From a virus, in IMG/VR virus record IMGVR_UViG_3300045988_098681: a stretch of DNA of 64,000 nucleotides; one strand, given 5' to 3'. The position numbers were made by a program, and so were the translations under genes. The notes below the pieces were generated by a model that had not been told where the DNA came from, did no database searches, and saw only the letters and a program-made list of their open reading frames with translations. Below, piece by piece: positions 31,048-41,274 of this stretch (position 1 is its first letter; every line of letters begins with the position of its first letter).

Positions 31048-31071
31048 GAGAGGACAAAAAGATGTCCTCTC
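31048..31071 (-). terminator. rho-independent terminator after the major tail gene
   Basis: 9-bp stem GAGAGGACA / TGTCCTCTC. On the - strand it is followed by AATTTTG. Confidence 0.55.
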
Positions 31072-31085
31072 AAAAGTTAATCGAA

Positions 31086-32153
31086 TTATTCAACCGTAAT
31101 ACTTGCATATCCTTCGATTGGGTTCTCGTTGCCAGCAGTATCAGTAGCAACAATCTTAATCGTTGCAGTTCCTTTTTCAGAAGCAGTAACTAAGCCCTCT
31201 GCGGAAACCGTAGCCGTAGCACTTGGAGTAACGGTATAAGTCATTTTAGTGTTGTCTAACGGCTTCGTGGATAAAGATGCACCATCATTGTATACTCCCC
31301 AAAGTTTAAGGGTAGTCGTTTCGGTTGTCTTTAATCTAATGTCAGCATTGTCTACTGCGATAGTAGTTAAACCATCATACCAATTTGTACCGTCAATAAT
31401 CTCTGTAAAGATAGCATAATTACCACCATCATTTTGGCAATCAGTAGTAGCTTTATATGGTAAAGCAGTACCAGAGAAGTTAGTGGTAGATGCTCCACCC
31501 GATGTCAACGACATATCAATAGACGGGTCTGGTAAGAATCTAGGAATCTTAACTTCAAGAGTACCAACCCTATAAGATTGAGTAAGGCTAGTTGTGCCTG
31601 CTCTAAATAGAGGATATTGAAGAATCATAGTGATTTCTTTCGGAATGATATTAGTCGGAATTACGAATTGTCTAGACGCTTCTTTATCTGCACAGAACTT
31701 AACACAAACTTCCGAACCCAATTTAAGGTTAGGAACTTTTGCTACTTTACCCTCAAATGTGAGCTTTTTCCATTCGTCTTTACCAGCATAGCTCCACCAA
31801 CCTAAAACGCCAAGTCCCTCTAAGGCAACAGGAGTTTCAGTAACCGTGATTTCATTTTCTTTTACAGTAGTGATAGATTCTAATACAATACCATTAGAAC
31901 CAACAGTAATTGCTGCGCCCATCTTTAAGGAAAGATATTCCAAAGAGAACAAGGCATCAGTTAATGTGGCATTCATAACGGAATCGTGGAAGTATTTTCC
32001 TAAAATCGGATTAGCTAATCCTCCTCTGATATCTTCACTAGTGACCTCAACACTTAACGAAGATTCAGTATAAGTGTCACCACTTACTACTAATTCGCCA
32101 GCGGAGTTGACACCCATACCAGTACCAACACCAGCCAAAATATATTTTGCCAT
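31086..32153 (-). CDS. major tail protein candidate with C-terminal Ig-like (Big_2-type) domain
   Basis: 355 aa. C-terminus 'TYTVTPSATATVSAEGLVTASEKGTATIKIVATD' is Big_2-like. A terminator follows the gene. Confidence 0.55.
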   Translation of the reverse strand: MAKYILAGVGTGMGVNSAGELVVSGDTYTESSLSVEVTSEDIRGGLANPILGKYFHDSVMNATLTDALFSLEYLSLKMGAAITVGSNGIVLESITTVKENEITVTETPVALEGLGVLGWWSYAGKDEWKKLTFEGKVAKVPNLKLGSEVCVKFCADKEASRQFVIPTNIIPKEITMILQYPLFRAGTTSLTQSYRVGTLEVKIPRFLPDPSIDMSLTSGGASTTNFSGTALPYKATTDCQNDGGNYAIFTEIIDGTNWYDGLTTIAVDNADIRLKTTETTTLKLWGVYNDGASLSTKPLDNTKMTYTVTPSATATVSAEGLVTASEKGTATIKIVATDTAGNENPIEGYASITVE

Positions 32154-32174
32154 AGTAGCTTTTCTCCTTTCATA

Positions 32175-33029
32175 TTATACAGATTGATTAGACTTTGTAA
32201 AAGACTCTGCATTTACAAAGACCTCTGAAAATCTTTCTTTGTTTGTTTTATATGCCCAATGTTCGATGTCTGGCAATTTCTTGTCCGTCATAGCATGCGC
32301 TCTATAATTATGCTCTACAACATAATCAGTTCGTCTTATTGCAATATGGAAAATTTGTTCAACACTTATCATAGTCATATTTGCAACTTGAGATTTTACA
32401 ACTCCAAGTTCTGACATAACCGATAAAACTTTTTCCTCGAACGTGGGCGGTTTTATGCCTTTGTTGCGCATAGAATAGTATTTTTCTACAATCTCTCGAA
32501 CGTCATCATTTACAAATTCATCGAAGTAATCATAAATGTTTTGGTAGTGGATATATTTATTGATTGTATCGAAATCAGAAGAATCAAGTTCGCAACCCTT
32601 TATCTTGATTTTTAACAACCCATCTATATCAATAAAGTCAATATCATATCCATTCAAATGGAAAATAAGTTCTCCATCTTTTCCGAGTTCATTCCAAAAT
32701 GCACCACGCTTTATCCTGTTGTTCTCACAATTTGTTTCTTCAACCCCAAAGCATAAGCACATAATTGTAATAAACTTTTCTCTCCACCCAATATCATTCA
32801 AAATTAACCCGAACAAGAATTGTAAATAACTCATTTGAATAATTTGTATATCTGGTATTCTATTCTTTTGTATATCAAAAACTGTTAAACTAGGCATAAA
32901 TCTATAATAATCCCTCGATTTTATGGGATAAATCAATAAATCTTTATATGGAATTGGCTCATCAAACGCTCTGTACTTTTCGATAGTTGCGTTAATATCA
33001 CATGCCACAAGTGCTATCTCCTTGTACAT
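32175..33029 (-). CDS. hypothetical protein
   Basis: ORF with ATG at 33029 (TTG at 33035 on the track). Confidence 0.5.
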   Translation of the reverse strand: MYKEIALVACDINATIEKYRAFDEPIPYKDLLIYPIKSRDYYRFMPSLTVFDIQKNRIPDIQIIQMSYLQFLFGLILNDIGWREKFITIMCLCFGVEETNCENNRIKRGAFWNELGKDGELIFHLNGYDIDFIDIDGLLKIKIKGCELDSSDFDTINKYIHYQNIYDYFDEFVNDDVREIVEKYYSMRNKGIKPPTFEEKVLSVMSELGVVKSQVANMTMISVEQIFHIAIRRTDYVVEHNYRAHAMTDKKLPDIEHWAYKTNKERFSEVFVNAESFTKSNQSV

Positions 33030-33570
33030 CAGCAATTTGTGTAGCCATAATAATTGATGTGCCTGTAAAGGTATAGTTATTTCCTATATTCAAAGTAGAG
33101 CGACAAAGCCTAGATAATTCATGATTGAATTGCAAAGTTCCGACACCTGCTACATCTGCGCCATTTAGCGTTTTCATAAGCTCCATTTCCATTACATCAA
33201 CTCTAGGGCATGGCACACCTTGATAATCCACTAGGGCATTTTTTGTTCCATATAAGATATCAAATCTATAACAAACCGTAGACAATATAGGATTGTCCGG
33301 CAGTGTATCATATCTATAAATCTTTAATATAGTCTTAGAGTCCACAAGCTCGTTTGGCTCAACATTCGTAAGGAAAACATTGTAATTGTGCATATCATCA
33401 AAATCCTTACACACCAACGAGAGCTTTTCGTCCTCCGTTAAATCATCACGATCCAAAGCATCGTATGTATTATATTTTAAGAGTTTGAAAAATTTATCGT
33501 TCTTTGCCAACTCTACAACAATTCGATAAGGAATAAATGGGAGGCTAAAGAATTTGTTAAATTTACTCAT
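32998..33570 (-). CDS. hypothetical protein
   Basis: 190-aa ORF with a GGGGGTGGG-type RBS. Confidence 0.5.
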   Translation of the reverse strand: MSKFNKFFSLPFIPYRIVVELAKNDKFFKLLKYNTYDALDRDDLTEDEKLSLVCKDFDDMHNYNVFLTNVEPNELVDSKTILKIYRYDTLPDNPILSTVCYRFDILYGTKNALVDYQGVPCPRVDVMEMELMKTLNGADVAGVGTLQFNHELSRLCRSTLNIGNNYTFTGTSIIMATQIADVQGDSTCGM

Positions 33571-33581
33571 ATTCCCACCCC

Positions 33582-34835
33582 CTAAAATGCACTAGTTAGC
33601 ATAATCTCAATAGTTTTTTCTATGTTATTGGACGTAAATGTAAGAGTGAGTGGCGTTTGTGAAATCTTCCTAGCAGACAATAACCATGTATTTTCATGCT
33701 TGTGCGCAAAACCATAAAAACTACCATCTAGTCCACTTACCACACAAGCAACCTCGTCTTTGAGCGCAACACCATCTTCATAAAGTGTCGCACTAATCGT
33801 TACTTGTTTTCCTACTCTTAATGTATTGATATTTGGCTCTACAACAATTTCATAGTATTTATCCGCCAACTCTACTATCTTAATTTCTGTAGAACCATAA
33901 ATATCCTCATTGCCCTTTATCCAACACTCGAATTTTGCGACAGAACCGACTTGACCCGTAAGTGTAAACACTCCGTTCTTGTCTATCTCCGCATTTTGAT
34001 TGCAACAATATTCTACTTGCCTATCTACGACTACGCCATTCAACTTGACAACAGGGATAAGCCTTCCAACATACCCATTAACTTGACTCTCAACACTTGG
34101 TTCAAACTCGATTGTATATTGGTACAATCCCTTGTTCGCAATATTATTCTCTATATCATCGTCTGGCTCTTCCATATCGAGGTACATATCCAAGTAGAGC
34201 AAATTGCTTGCCAAGTTAGCTTTTACTCCCTCATTGAGCATATTTTGATATGCCACCAATTTGAATGGTTGTTTGTTAAAAATAAACCTCGTGTTTTTTG
34301 GAATATATCTTGTAATATTATCACCTTGACACATAACAGTTATGTGACCATTGGCAGTAATAACTTCCTTATCTTTAAGTTGTTGAGGTGATTCTAATAC
34401 ATATTCGACAATACAAGGATACTCATATACCTTACCATTTATCTTATCAACCCAACGCATCATATTATTGCAACGCCGAATTGTAACATCATTAGATACC
34501 GAACCAAGTTCGCCTGTATTAACTACAAGCCAATAATCATCATCATATTGATACATAAGCCCTTTTGGTGCTTTATGAGTCAAATCTCGGAACGAGAAAA
34601 TCTTAAAGTCATCGTCTTGTTTAAATCCTGTTCCCATTTCAATGGCATAATCAATATGCACATCAATGTAATGGTACTTATTGCTCCCGATTCCATCTTG
34701 CTCTTGCACACAATCTAACACTTGTGTTGTATTGTCCCATTGAGAATCAACGCTTGCTTGCATGAGTCCACGATATTCCGAGTCGGGGTCTTTTGCCATA
34801 TTGTTTAGATAATTTTGATAAAACTTTAACGCCAT
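33582..34835 (-). CDS. hypothetical structural protein
   Basis: 417-aa ORF coupled (ATGA-type overlap) to the upstream gene. Confidence 0.55.
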   Translation of the reverse strand: MALKFYQNYLNNMAKDPDSEYRGLMQASVDSQWDNTTQVLDCVQEQDGIGSNKYHYIDVHIDYAIEMGTGFKQDDDFKIFSFRDLTHKAPKGLMYQYDDDYWLVVNTGELGSVSNDVTIRRCNNMMRWVDKINGKVYEYPCIVEYVLESPQQLKDKEVITANGHITVMCQGDNITRYIPKNTRFIFNKQPFKLVAYQNMLNEGVKANLASNLLYLDMYLDMEEPDDDIENNIANKGLYQYTIEFEPSVESQVNGYVGRLIPVVKLNGVVVDRQVEYCCNQNAEIDKNGVFTLTGQVGSVAKFECWIKGNEDIYGSTEIKIVELADKYYEIVVEPNINTLRVGKQVTISATLYEDGVALKDEVACVVSGLDGSFYGFAHKHENTWLLSARKISQTPLTLTFTSNNIEKTIEIMLTSAF

Positions 34836-35119
34836 TAGACCACCTCCTCTAATCTGCGCTCAATTTCATTAGTTACATGGAACACAACTTGCTTCACATC
34901 TTCATGTGTTACCTTTGCCCCCATATTTAAAAGTCCATTGAGCAAAATTAAACTATCAAGAACCGCATCGGACGATTGTTGACTTGAAAGCGCAATAATG
35001 GCTCGCTTTAGACAAGATTGGTAATCTTTAATTCCCTCTTTGCCGTCTTGGTAATTCTCATACGAGCATAGCACCTTATAGCAAGTATTTATTAAAATTT
35101 GTTTTTTTGTCCTTCTCAT
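34835..35119 (-). CDS. hypothetical protein
   Basis: 94-aa ORF. Confidence 0.5.
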   Translation of the reverse strand: MRRTKKQILINTCYKVLCSYENYQDGKEGIKDYQSCLKRAIIALSSQQSSDAVLDSLILLNGLLNMGAKVTHEDVKQVVFHVTNEIERRLEEVV

Positions 35120-35130
35120 ACCAAAGCCCC

Positions 35131-35595
35131 CTAAAGCATAAAATTTAAGGGGGAAGTTGGAATAAGGTCTATTTCATAATCAACAATATCTTGATTATAT
35201 TTTTCTCTAAGCCTATCAAGGTATTCGGACTTTTCCTTTAAGTTGTTTGCCTCTGAATGTGCCTTAAATTCTTTGTTGCTCAAATGCCCTTGGAATTGCG
35301 TCACATCATTTACTTTCTTAGCGAACCAATTATATACCATAATAGACGATAAAATATTTATTTCTTTATTGCTCAAGTCTTGGATAAAAGACATGGATTT
35401 TTCTCCATTCTCGTCCTCGATTTCGCCATAAGACAAGTCCGTATTGCAAGAAGTAAAATCTGGTACAGAACGCTCCAGTATACCTTGCAATTCTAGCAAA
35501 AAGGACTCATAGTCCTCTTGAGCCAATTTATTCAGTTTATAATCTTCGATAAGCACTAACGCTCTATCGTAAACTGCTTCAAAGGGCGTTCCCAT
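35131..35595 (-). CDS. hypothetical protein (head-tail joining position)
   Basis: 154-aa ORF. Confidence 0.5.
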   Translation of the reverse strand: MGTPFEAVYDRALVLIEDYKLNKLAQEDYESFLLELQGILERSVPDFTSCNTDLSYGEIEDENGEKSMSFIQDLSNKEINILSSIMVYNWFAKKVNDVTQFQGHLSNKEFKAHSEANNLKEKSEYLDRLREKYNQDIVDYEIDLIPTSPLNFML

Positions 35596-35616
35596 ATACT
35601 ACTTACCTCTCTGTCT

Positions 35617-36279
35617 TTATTGAGCCTCTACTTCCTCAACTTTTTCTATACCAAAATAATCAATTCCGCTGATTTTTCCAAGTTCCATTAAAATGTTTGC
35701 ATCAATTTCCAAGCCCATCAAACGACCATCGACAATCATAGAGTCGATTATCTTTTTCTGTGCGTCTGGTGCATTTTGGTAAATATCCACAACGTCTTTT
35801 GCGTTCTTTAATAAAACTGTTTTAAGTTGTCTATCATCAAGTATCGTTTGATAAGCGTCCTCTAAATCATTTTCCTCTACAAAATCGTTGTCTGCGATAT
35901 AAAAGATTCCCTCTCTTGCAGACTTAGGCATGTTGGAAATAATAATTCTAGCTTCTGAATCAGTAACACTTACACTATCGAATTGCTTATCAATACGAAT
36001 AATGCGAGAACCTTGAAGGGTTAAACCACCTGCAACTAAACTAATGATTTTAACCATCTTTTTCTTTCTCTTTGGCTCTGTTTGCTCAACACTAACATTG
36101 GCTTGCGCTCTCATAAGCACTTCGAGTTGCGCTTGTAAATTTGCAATTTGTTCAGCTTGTTCTTTAAGCTTTTGGTTATCGTTGAGTTCAATAGGAGTAA
36201 CCTCTTTTTCAACATTTTCAGTTGTAACTTTTTCGGTTGTAGTTTGCTCAATAATTTCTTTTTTTGGTCTACCTGCCAT
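35617..36279 (-). CDS. hypothetical protein
   Basis: 220-aa ORF with an N-terminal coiled coil. Confidence 0.55.
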   Translation of the reverse strand: MAGRPKKEIIEQTTTEKVTTENVEKEVTPIELNDNQKLKEQAEQIANLQAQLEVLMRAQANVSVEQTEPKRKKKMVKIISLVAGGLTLQGSRIIRIDKQFDSVSVTDSEARIIISNMPKSAREGIFYIADNDFVEENDLEDAYQTILDDRQLKTVLLKNAKDVVDIYQNAPDAQKKIIDSMIVDGRLMGLEIDANILMELGKISGIDYFGIEKVEEVEAQ

Positions 36280-36336
36280 ATCCTTTTATTCCTTTCTTAT
36301 TCCATATAGAATAGGAGAGCAGAAAAGACTGCCCTC

Positions 36337-37218
36337 CTAAATATCGTACTTCCAAATGTAGCCCTTTGCTCCAACTCCACCTTTTTTGCAACAACTATAA
36401 ATATAGCCCTTGCTAAGATTTAGTTCATTTGCTGCATCATTAGCAGTTTCGTATCTTTTGATTATAATTCCATCTAAAGATAATTGCAAAATAGGCACAT
36501 TCTTTTTGCTTTTATATCTTTTCTTTTGCAGTGGATTACCATTTTCAAATCTCCATTGATAACCGAAACAAGATTTATCTTCTAATCGGCAACATTCTGA
36601 AATTTGAGTTTTATTACAACCTAAAAAAATTGAAGCATCTGTTATTGACTTAAAAGTCCGAATAAAATTACCATCAAGGTCATATTGGCAAACACTCTTC
36701 TCTTTTGGATTTATATATGGTTTTGGTGGCTCTTCACCTTCAAATTGCCACATATATCCACCAAGAGAGTTTCTCCTATGAGAACAACAATTTGTTATGC
36801 CTCCTCTTGAAAACCCCAACTCACGTTCGGCTTCTGCCATACTGTCAAAAGTTTTAATATAATTACCATCTAAGCTATATTGACAAACTTTTTTACCCCA
36901 ACCGTTTTGACCATCTCCGCCTTTAGTCATATTATAACCACACCTAGGTTCATTAAAAGCATAACTATTATATTCCTTGATATAATATATTTCTCTTTTA
37001 TCTAGGTCTTTTGGTTGGCACTCTTCAATTATCTCAAATACAAAATTTTCAAATCCGTATTTTTGCATAGCTTTATATAATATTGTTCCTTTTGTTTTTG
37101 ATTTAAACGTTGTTTTATGTTCAATCCATCTCTTATGAATGTCTCTCGATTGCCCAATATAAACATGACCATTCATAATATTAGTAATTTTATATATGCC
37201 ACATATTTTTTTATTCAT
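36337..37218 (-). CDS. free-standing GIY-YIG homing endonuclease with three C-terminal repeats
   Basis: 'CGIYKITNIMNGHVYIGQSRDIHKRWIEHK' is the GIY-YIG motif. Three ~55-aa repeats follow ('VCQYSLDGNYIKTFDSMAEAEREL..', 'VCQYDLDGNFIRTFKSITDASIFL..', 'ILQLSLDGIIIKRYETANDAANEL..'). GGAGGAATTA RBS. Confidence 0.8.
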   Translation of the reverse strand: MNKKICGIYKITNIMNGHVYIGQSRDIHKRWIEHKTTFKSKTKGTILYKAMQKYGFENFVFEIIEECQPKDLDKREIYYIKEYNSYAFNEPRCGYNMTKGGDGQNGWGKKVCQYSLDGNYIKTFDSMAEAERELGFSRGGITNCCSHRRNSLGGYMWQFEGEEPPKPYINPKEKSVCQYDLDGNFIRTFKSITDASIFLGCNKTQISECCRLEDKSCFGYQWRFENGNPLQKKRYKSKKNVPILQLSLDGIIIKRYETANDAANELNLSKGYIYSCCKKGGVGAKGYIWKYDI

Positions 37219-37339
37219 TGTAATTCCTCCTGTCAAAAGAAATTAAACAAATAATAAAGTAATTTAAAATTTTGACAGAATTTTAAAAGGGATAGCTAGT
37301 CCTTGTCCTTTATTATTTGTTGTTTTTGTATTTTTTATT

Positions 37340-38204
37340 TTATGCAGTAATGGTATATTTACCAGCGTATCCTGCCGAGATAAACGCAAAATTCCATAAA
37401 CGGCGAAGCGTGAAATTGCTTGTGATGTCAGCATTATCATAGAACTGGTTGCCATTAGTCAGAGTCGGACTCATAACACCCTTAACAACCTTGTCTACGC
37501 TAGGAGATACAACATACAAAGTGTTGTCATCTAACAGCATACCAAAGTTATTGCCGGACGGAATTTGAGTAAGTTCGATAAGCTCATAACCATAGAAGTC
37601 TTTCATAATTCTTACAGAACCATCAGCACCTGCAACTTCCATTCTGAAACCTGCGGAATAGTCCGGAAGAACCTTAGAAAGAGCAGCAGCACTACCCATA
37701 AATACAGGTTTTGCGCCATAGTTGTATGCTTGAACTCTCTGTGCTAACTTAATAGCAGTTTGAACAGAGAATGCACCAGTTTCAATGAATTGAGTCGGAT
37801 AATTGTTAGTTGTGCTAAGACCTTCATTCAAAACCTTGATAGCATCAACAGTCATTTCTCTTTCGATAGAGATAACAGCCAATCTGATAAAGTCAGCCAA
37901 ATCTTCTTTCTTGGCGAGAACAGAAGCCATATCTACAAAAACGGTAACAAAATGTTCCTCTGGTGTGAGGATTAAGTTACCTTTATAGGATTTTTGACGG
38001 AAGCTCGTGCGTTCCCCCTGACCCCCACGCGAAATGACGTACAGAGTTCTCGGTTTAATATCAAATTTTACAGTATCGCCATAGCCAACCGTTCTAAAGT
38101 CTACGAACGGAGACAGGGAATTGGTCATATACTGCGGAATGAGGGAATTAACAACCTCGTTGACGATAGCCATAGCAGCAAATGTGTTCAAATTAAGGCG
38201 CAAC
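37340..38204 (-). CDS. major capsid protein candidate, exon 2
   Basis: No ATG at the ORF start. The frame joins exon 1 as '..QVQWV|LRLNLNTFAAMAIVNE..'. Positioned after the portal and scaffold-like genes. Confidence 0.6.
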
Positions 38205-38567
38205 CCTTAATCCAGTCTTGCCCTCGCCAAAAGGCAGACCTCTCATACTTTCATATGAGTTCAGACTATATCTGCATCTTATATTTCGATATAAGAGCCT
38301 CATTTTTCTTTCGCCATAAACTTGCGATTTTACATCCCCCTCAAGGGGCTAGTCGTTGAGCGTTCCTCTATTCGAGGCTTCGTTGCTAAACACCCATTTA
38401 CATTCACTTAGGATTTAACCTTATGAATATCTCTTTTACTTTTTTCTACTTTCGTAACATTCACGCCTAGACTTATTTCATTCTTACGTTGTAGTGAAAA
38501 GAGCTTTAGGGATTCAAAGCATTTAACGAGGAGTCTTTGCACCTCACGATACAAAGAGGGCTACGCT
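38205..38567 (-). ncRNA. group I self-splicing intron (ORF-less, ~363 nt)
   Basis: On the - strand: P1 GGGU|AGCGUA GCCC, an R-like 'CGCTCAACGACTAGCC' (~38347-38362), an S-like 'AGATATAGTCTGAAC' (~38261-38275), ending on G38205. Confidence 0.75.
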
Positions 38568-38794
38568 ACCCATTGAACTTGCGGATTTGCCATCCAAGAG
38601 TTCGGACAATCAGCTTCTTTAACGCCTGCTAATCTTTCGATTTCAGCAAAATAACCATTAGAAACCTTTTCAGCCATTTCATACATCGGAATGGACGGTG
38701 TTCTGTTGCTATTCTTGCAAGCGTAATATTCATCAAACGCAACATAGAAATCTGTGTTTCCATTTGCGAATTTCTTTAATTCATTGGTAATCAT
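38568..38794 (-). CDS. major capsid protein candidate, exon 1
   Basis: 77-aa ORF with a good RBS. Stop lies 2 codons after the proposed splice site. Confidence 0.6.
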
Positions 38795-38823
38795 TATATT
38801 TTATTCTCCTTTCCCTAGTTTAA

Positions 38824-39345
38824 TTATGCCATCAGCATGAATACATAATGAGTAATTACTTCTTGACCGTATCCTCTATCAACAGCACCAACTAACTTGA
38901 AGGAGCCACCAGTCTCAACCATCTGCAACCTACCTTCTGCTCCGATAGAAGCCAATTTGTAAGTCGGTTTGTCAACAGGAGTTGCGCCTTCTTTCAGAGC
39001 ATTTGTATCAAGTTCAACACAGTCACCCTTAACAAGTCTTTTGATACTTGCGGTCTTTCCTGCCGGAATGTAGAAGTATCTAGGGTCATCCATAATTTGT
39101 GTTTCAACATCAATACCACGAACAGGAGAATCAACGATATACTTCATATCAGAAGTTCCGTTTGCATCCGGAGTAACTTCAAAAGTATATTCATCAATTT
39201 TACCATCAGTGTTCATAATATCGCCAAGTGCAACGAAAGTACCGTTGTCTAAATCGCCTGCTTTGTAGATTCCTGCGAAATTATAGGAATCAACATCCCA
39301 GCATGCGCAATGAGTAGTATTAACTACACCATGTGTGTTTGCCAT
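38824..39345 (-). CDS. hypothetical head protein (decoration/auxiliary position)
   Basis: 173-aa ORF with an AGGAG RBS, between the scaffold-like and capsid genes. Confidence 0.45.
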   Translation of the reverse strand: MANTHGVVNTTHCACWDVDSYNFAGIYKAGDLDNGTFVALGDIMNTDGKIDEYTFEVTPDANGTSDMKYIVDSPVRGIDVETQIMDDPRYFYIPAGKTASIKRLVKGDCVELDTNALKEGATPVDKPTYKLASIGAEGRLQMVETGGSFKLVGAVDRGYGQEVITHYVFMLMA

Positions 39346-39368
39346 AATATTTAATCTCCTTTTCTTTA

Positions 39369-41081
39369 TTATAATCTATCCCATACAGAAGTTTTCTTTT
39401 CAACTGGGTTCGGGGTTGCGATTCTAAGTGTTAAGTTTTCGTCATTGTGTGACATATTTGCAAAACAAAATGCTTTTACTTTATTTTCCCAATTATCGAG
39501 AGCAGAAAACTCACATGCCACACCATCAGCCTTGAATGTATTGTAATCCTCGTTACTCAAGAATTTTTCAACTTCTTCCATAACTGAATCAATTTTATTC
39601 ATTTTTTCTTTTTCTTCGGTGTTAGCTTTAAACTCTCTAAGCTCTTCAAGTTCTTTTCCTTGCTCCATGATAATATTTTCTTTATCTTCAAGCTCTTTTA
39701 CTAAAGCATCGCACTTTGCATTAGCTTCTGCTAATTTTTCCTCATCGGTCATATCATCTTGTTTGTCATCGTCATCGTCATCGTCTGTATCGTCCTCATC
39801 ATCCGCAAACTTTGTATATTGTTCTGCACCTTCTGGGACTGCAAACTTTTCAACGGTTTCGCTCGGAACAAATTCAATTTCAACCTTTTGATATTCATCC
39901 GCAAGTGTAATACCCTCTTCTGTGTAGGAATAATCAATACGATAAATGTTGCAATCATCATCTTTTATAATTGCAAACTTCTGATTATCTTCCTCATAAA
40001 GTCCATCAATGTAAAATTTCCAACCATATTTTTCTCTGATTGCTATATAAACTCTATCCCACATATCATTGAGGTCTACAGCGGCAAATTCAATTTCTTT
40101 CAATGCCATTTCCTCCTTATTCTCTTTGTCTAAACCAAACTTGTCGTAAATCTTTTCTACCTTTGCTACAACACTATCTTCACCCTCTTGTTTTGCATAA
40201 GCAAGAGCAGCCGCAAGTCCATAGCGATTATAATAGAATGTATCGTCAACAAGTTGCATTACTGGATATTTCAAATGTTCAGAAGGAGCATCTTTCCAAC
40301 CGTCCTCAACAAGCAAATAAACCGATTTTACCAATGTAGCCTTGTTGCTTGCCTCCATGATTTTATTTCTCATTTCAGTCTTATCAACATCACCCCATGG
40401 TGTATCTTTTAATTCTTCTTTGTTGATTTTGTATTTTGTATCAGCCATACTTCTCCTCCTTTCCTCTGAAAATCTTTGCAATTCTGCAAGCGGATCATTG
40501 TGACCCTCATAAAATTTATTAGCTTTCTCGTCCGAGAATCTAATCATGTTCATGTTCGCATCAGGACAAGAGCCATGAACATCTCGCCCCAAAACCTTTC
40601 CAAGCACTGTTACTCCGACAATATTAAACTTATCAGCTGCAATATGCCCATTATCAAGTTCTTCACCACTAACAAGCATTTCTACTGAAACGTCTTTTTT
40701 CGTGTTCTCATCGCCGAACAAATTATAAAGTTGTGTAGAGTAAATCTTGGAAATAACAGCCGTAGCACTAGCTTTTAAGATATCTCCATCTTCCTCAAAC
40801 TCAACCTCTTGGTTAATTGGGAAATTGCCGAAAATTTGTTGATTGTCTGTATGAGTCATAACATCTTCATAAAACTTATCATATTCAGCAACGAGCCATT
40901 TACCCAAAACTGTGCTTGCATATTCCTTTAGCACGTCTTTAGAAATATCTATTTTGTGTGAATTTTCATTGGTAGAAAGAAAAGTGACCTTAGCCATAGC
41001 AAATTCATCATCGTTATAATCTTCCATTTCAAATTTTTCAATGGAGAAATTTACCTTTTGCTCTTTAATTGCCCTCACCAC
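39369..41081 (-). CDS. putative scaffolding / prohead-processing protein
   Basis: 570 aa. Poly-acidic run 'DDEDDTDDDDDDDKQDD' and a C-terminal coiled coil. Lies between the portal and capsid genes. Confidence 0.4.
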   Translation of the reverse strand: MVRAIKEQKVNFSIEKFEMEDYNDDEFAMAKVTFLSTNENSHKIDISKDVLKEYASTVLGKWLVAEYDKFYEDVMTHTDNQQIFGNFPINQEVEFEEDGDILKASATAVISKIYSTQLYNLFGDENTKKDVSVEMLVSGEELDNGHIAADKFNIVGVTVLGKVLGRDVHGSCPDANMNMIRFSDEKANKFYEGHNDPLAELQRFSEERRRSMADTKYKINKEELKDTPWGDVDKTEMRNKIMEASNKATLVKSVYLLVEDGWKDAPSEHLKYPVMQLVDDTFYYNRYGLAAALAYAKQEGEDSVVAKVEKIYDKFGLDKENKEEMALKEIEFAAVDLNDMWDRVYIAIREKYGWKFYIDGLYEEDNQKFAIIKDDDCNIYRIDYSYTEEGITLADEYQKVEIEFVPSETVEKFAVPEGAEQYTKFADDEDDTDDDDDDDKQDDMTDEEKLAEANAKCDALVKELEDKENIIMEQGKELEELREFKANTEEKEKMNKIDSVMEEVEKFLSNEDYNTFKADGVACEFSALDNWENKVKAFCFANMSHNDENLTLRIATPNPVEKKTSVWDRL

Positions 41082-41274
41082 CTTCCATCTCTAACACCCT
41101 AGTAAGTTCTGCTAATTTTTCATAATAGAACTTACCTTTCCACATATAGAGAGCCATAAAGCCCATAGAAGAAAGTTTAAGGTGCATATCAATATCTACT
41201 GCATAATATTCTTGTGGATTTTCTGGCTTTTGTCTAAGAATCATTCTTCGCCCTCCAATCCAACAATACCCCAA
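41065..41274 (-). CDS. hypothetical protein
   Basis: 69-aa ORF overlapping both neighbours. Confidence 0.35.
   Translation of the reverse strand: MGYCWIGGRRMILRQKPENPQEYYAVDIDMHLKLSSMGFMALYMWKGKFYYEKLAELTRVLEMEGGEGN

Noticed and set aside
37264-37455. 63-aa - strand ORF overlapping the capsid gene 3' end
   Set aside because: It is an out-of-frame overlap with a well-supported gene and has no RBS.
39765-39790. GTCATC-type triplet repeat
   Set aside because: It simply encodes the poly-Asp run of the scaffold-like protein and is not an independent element.
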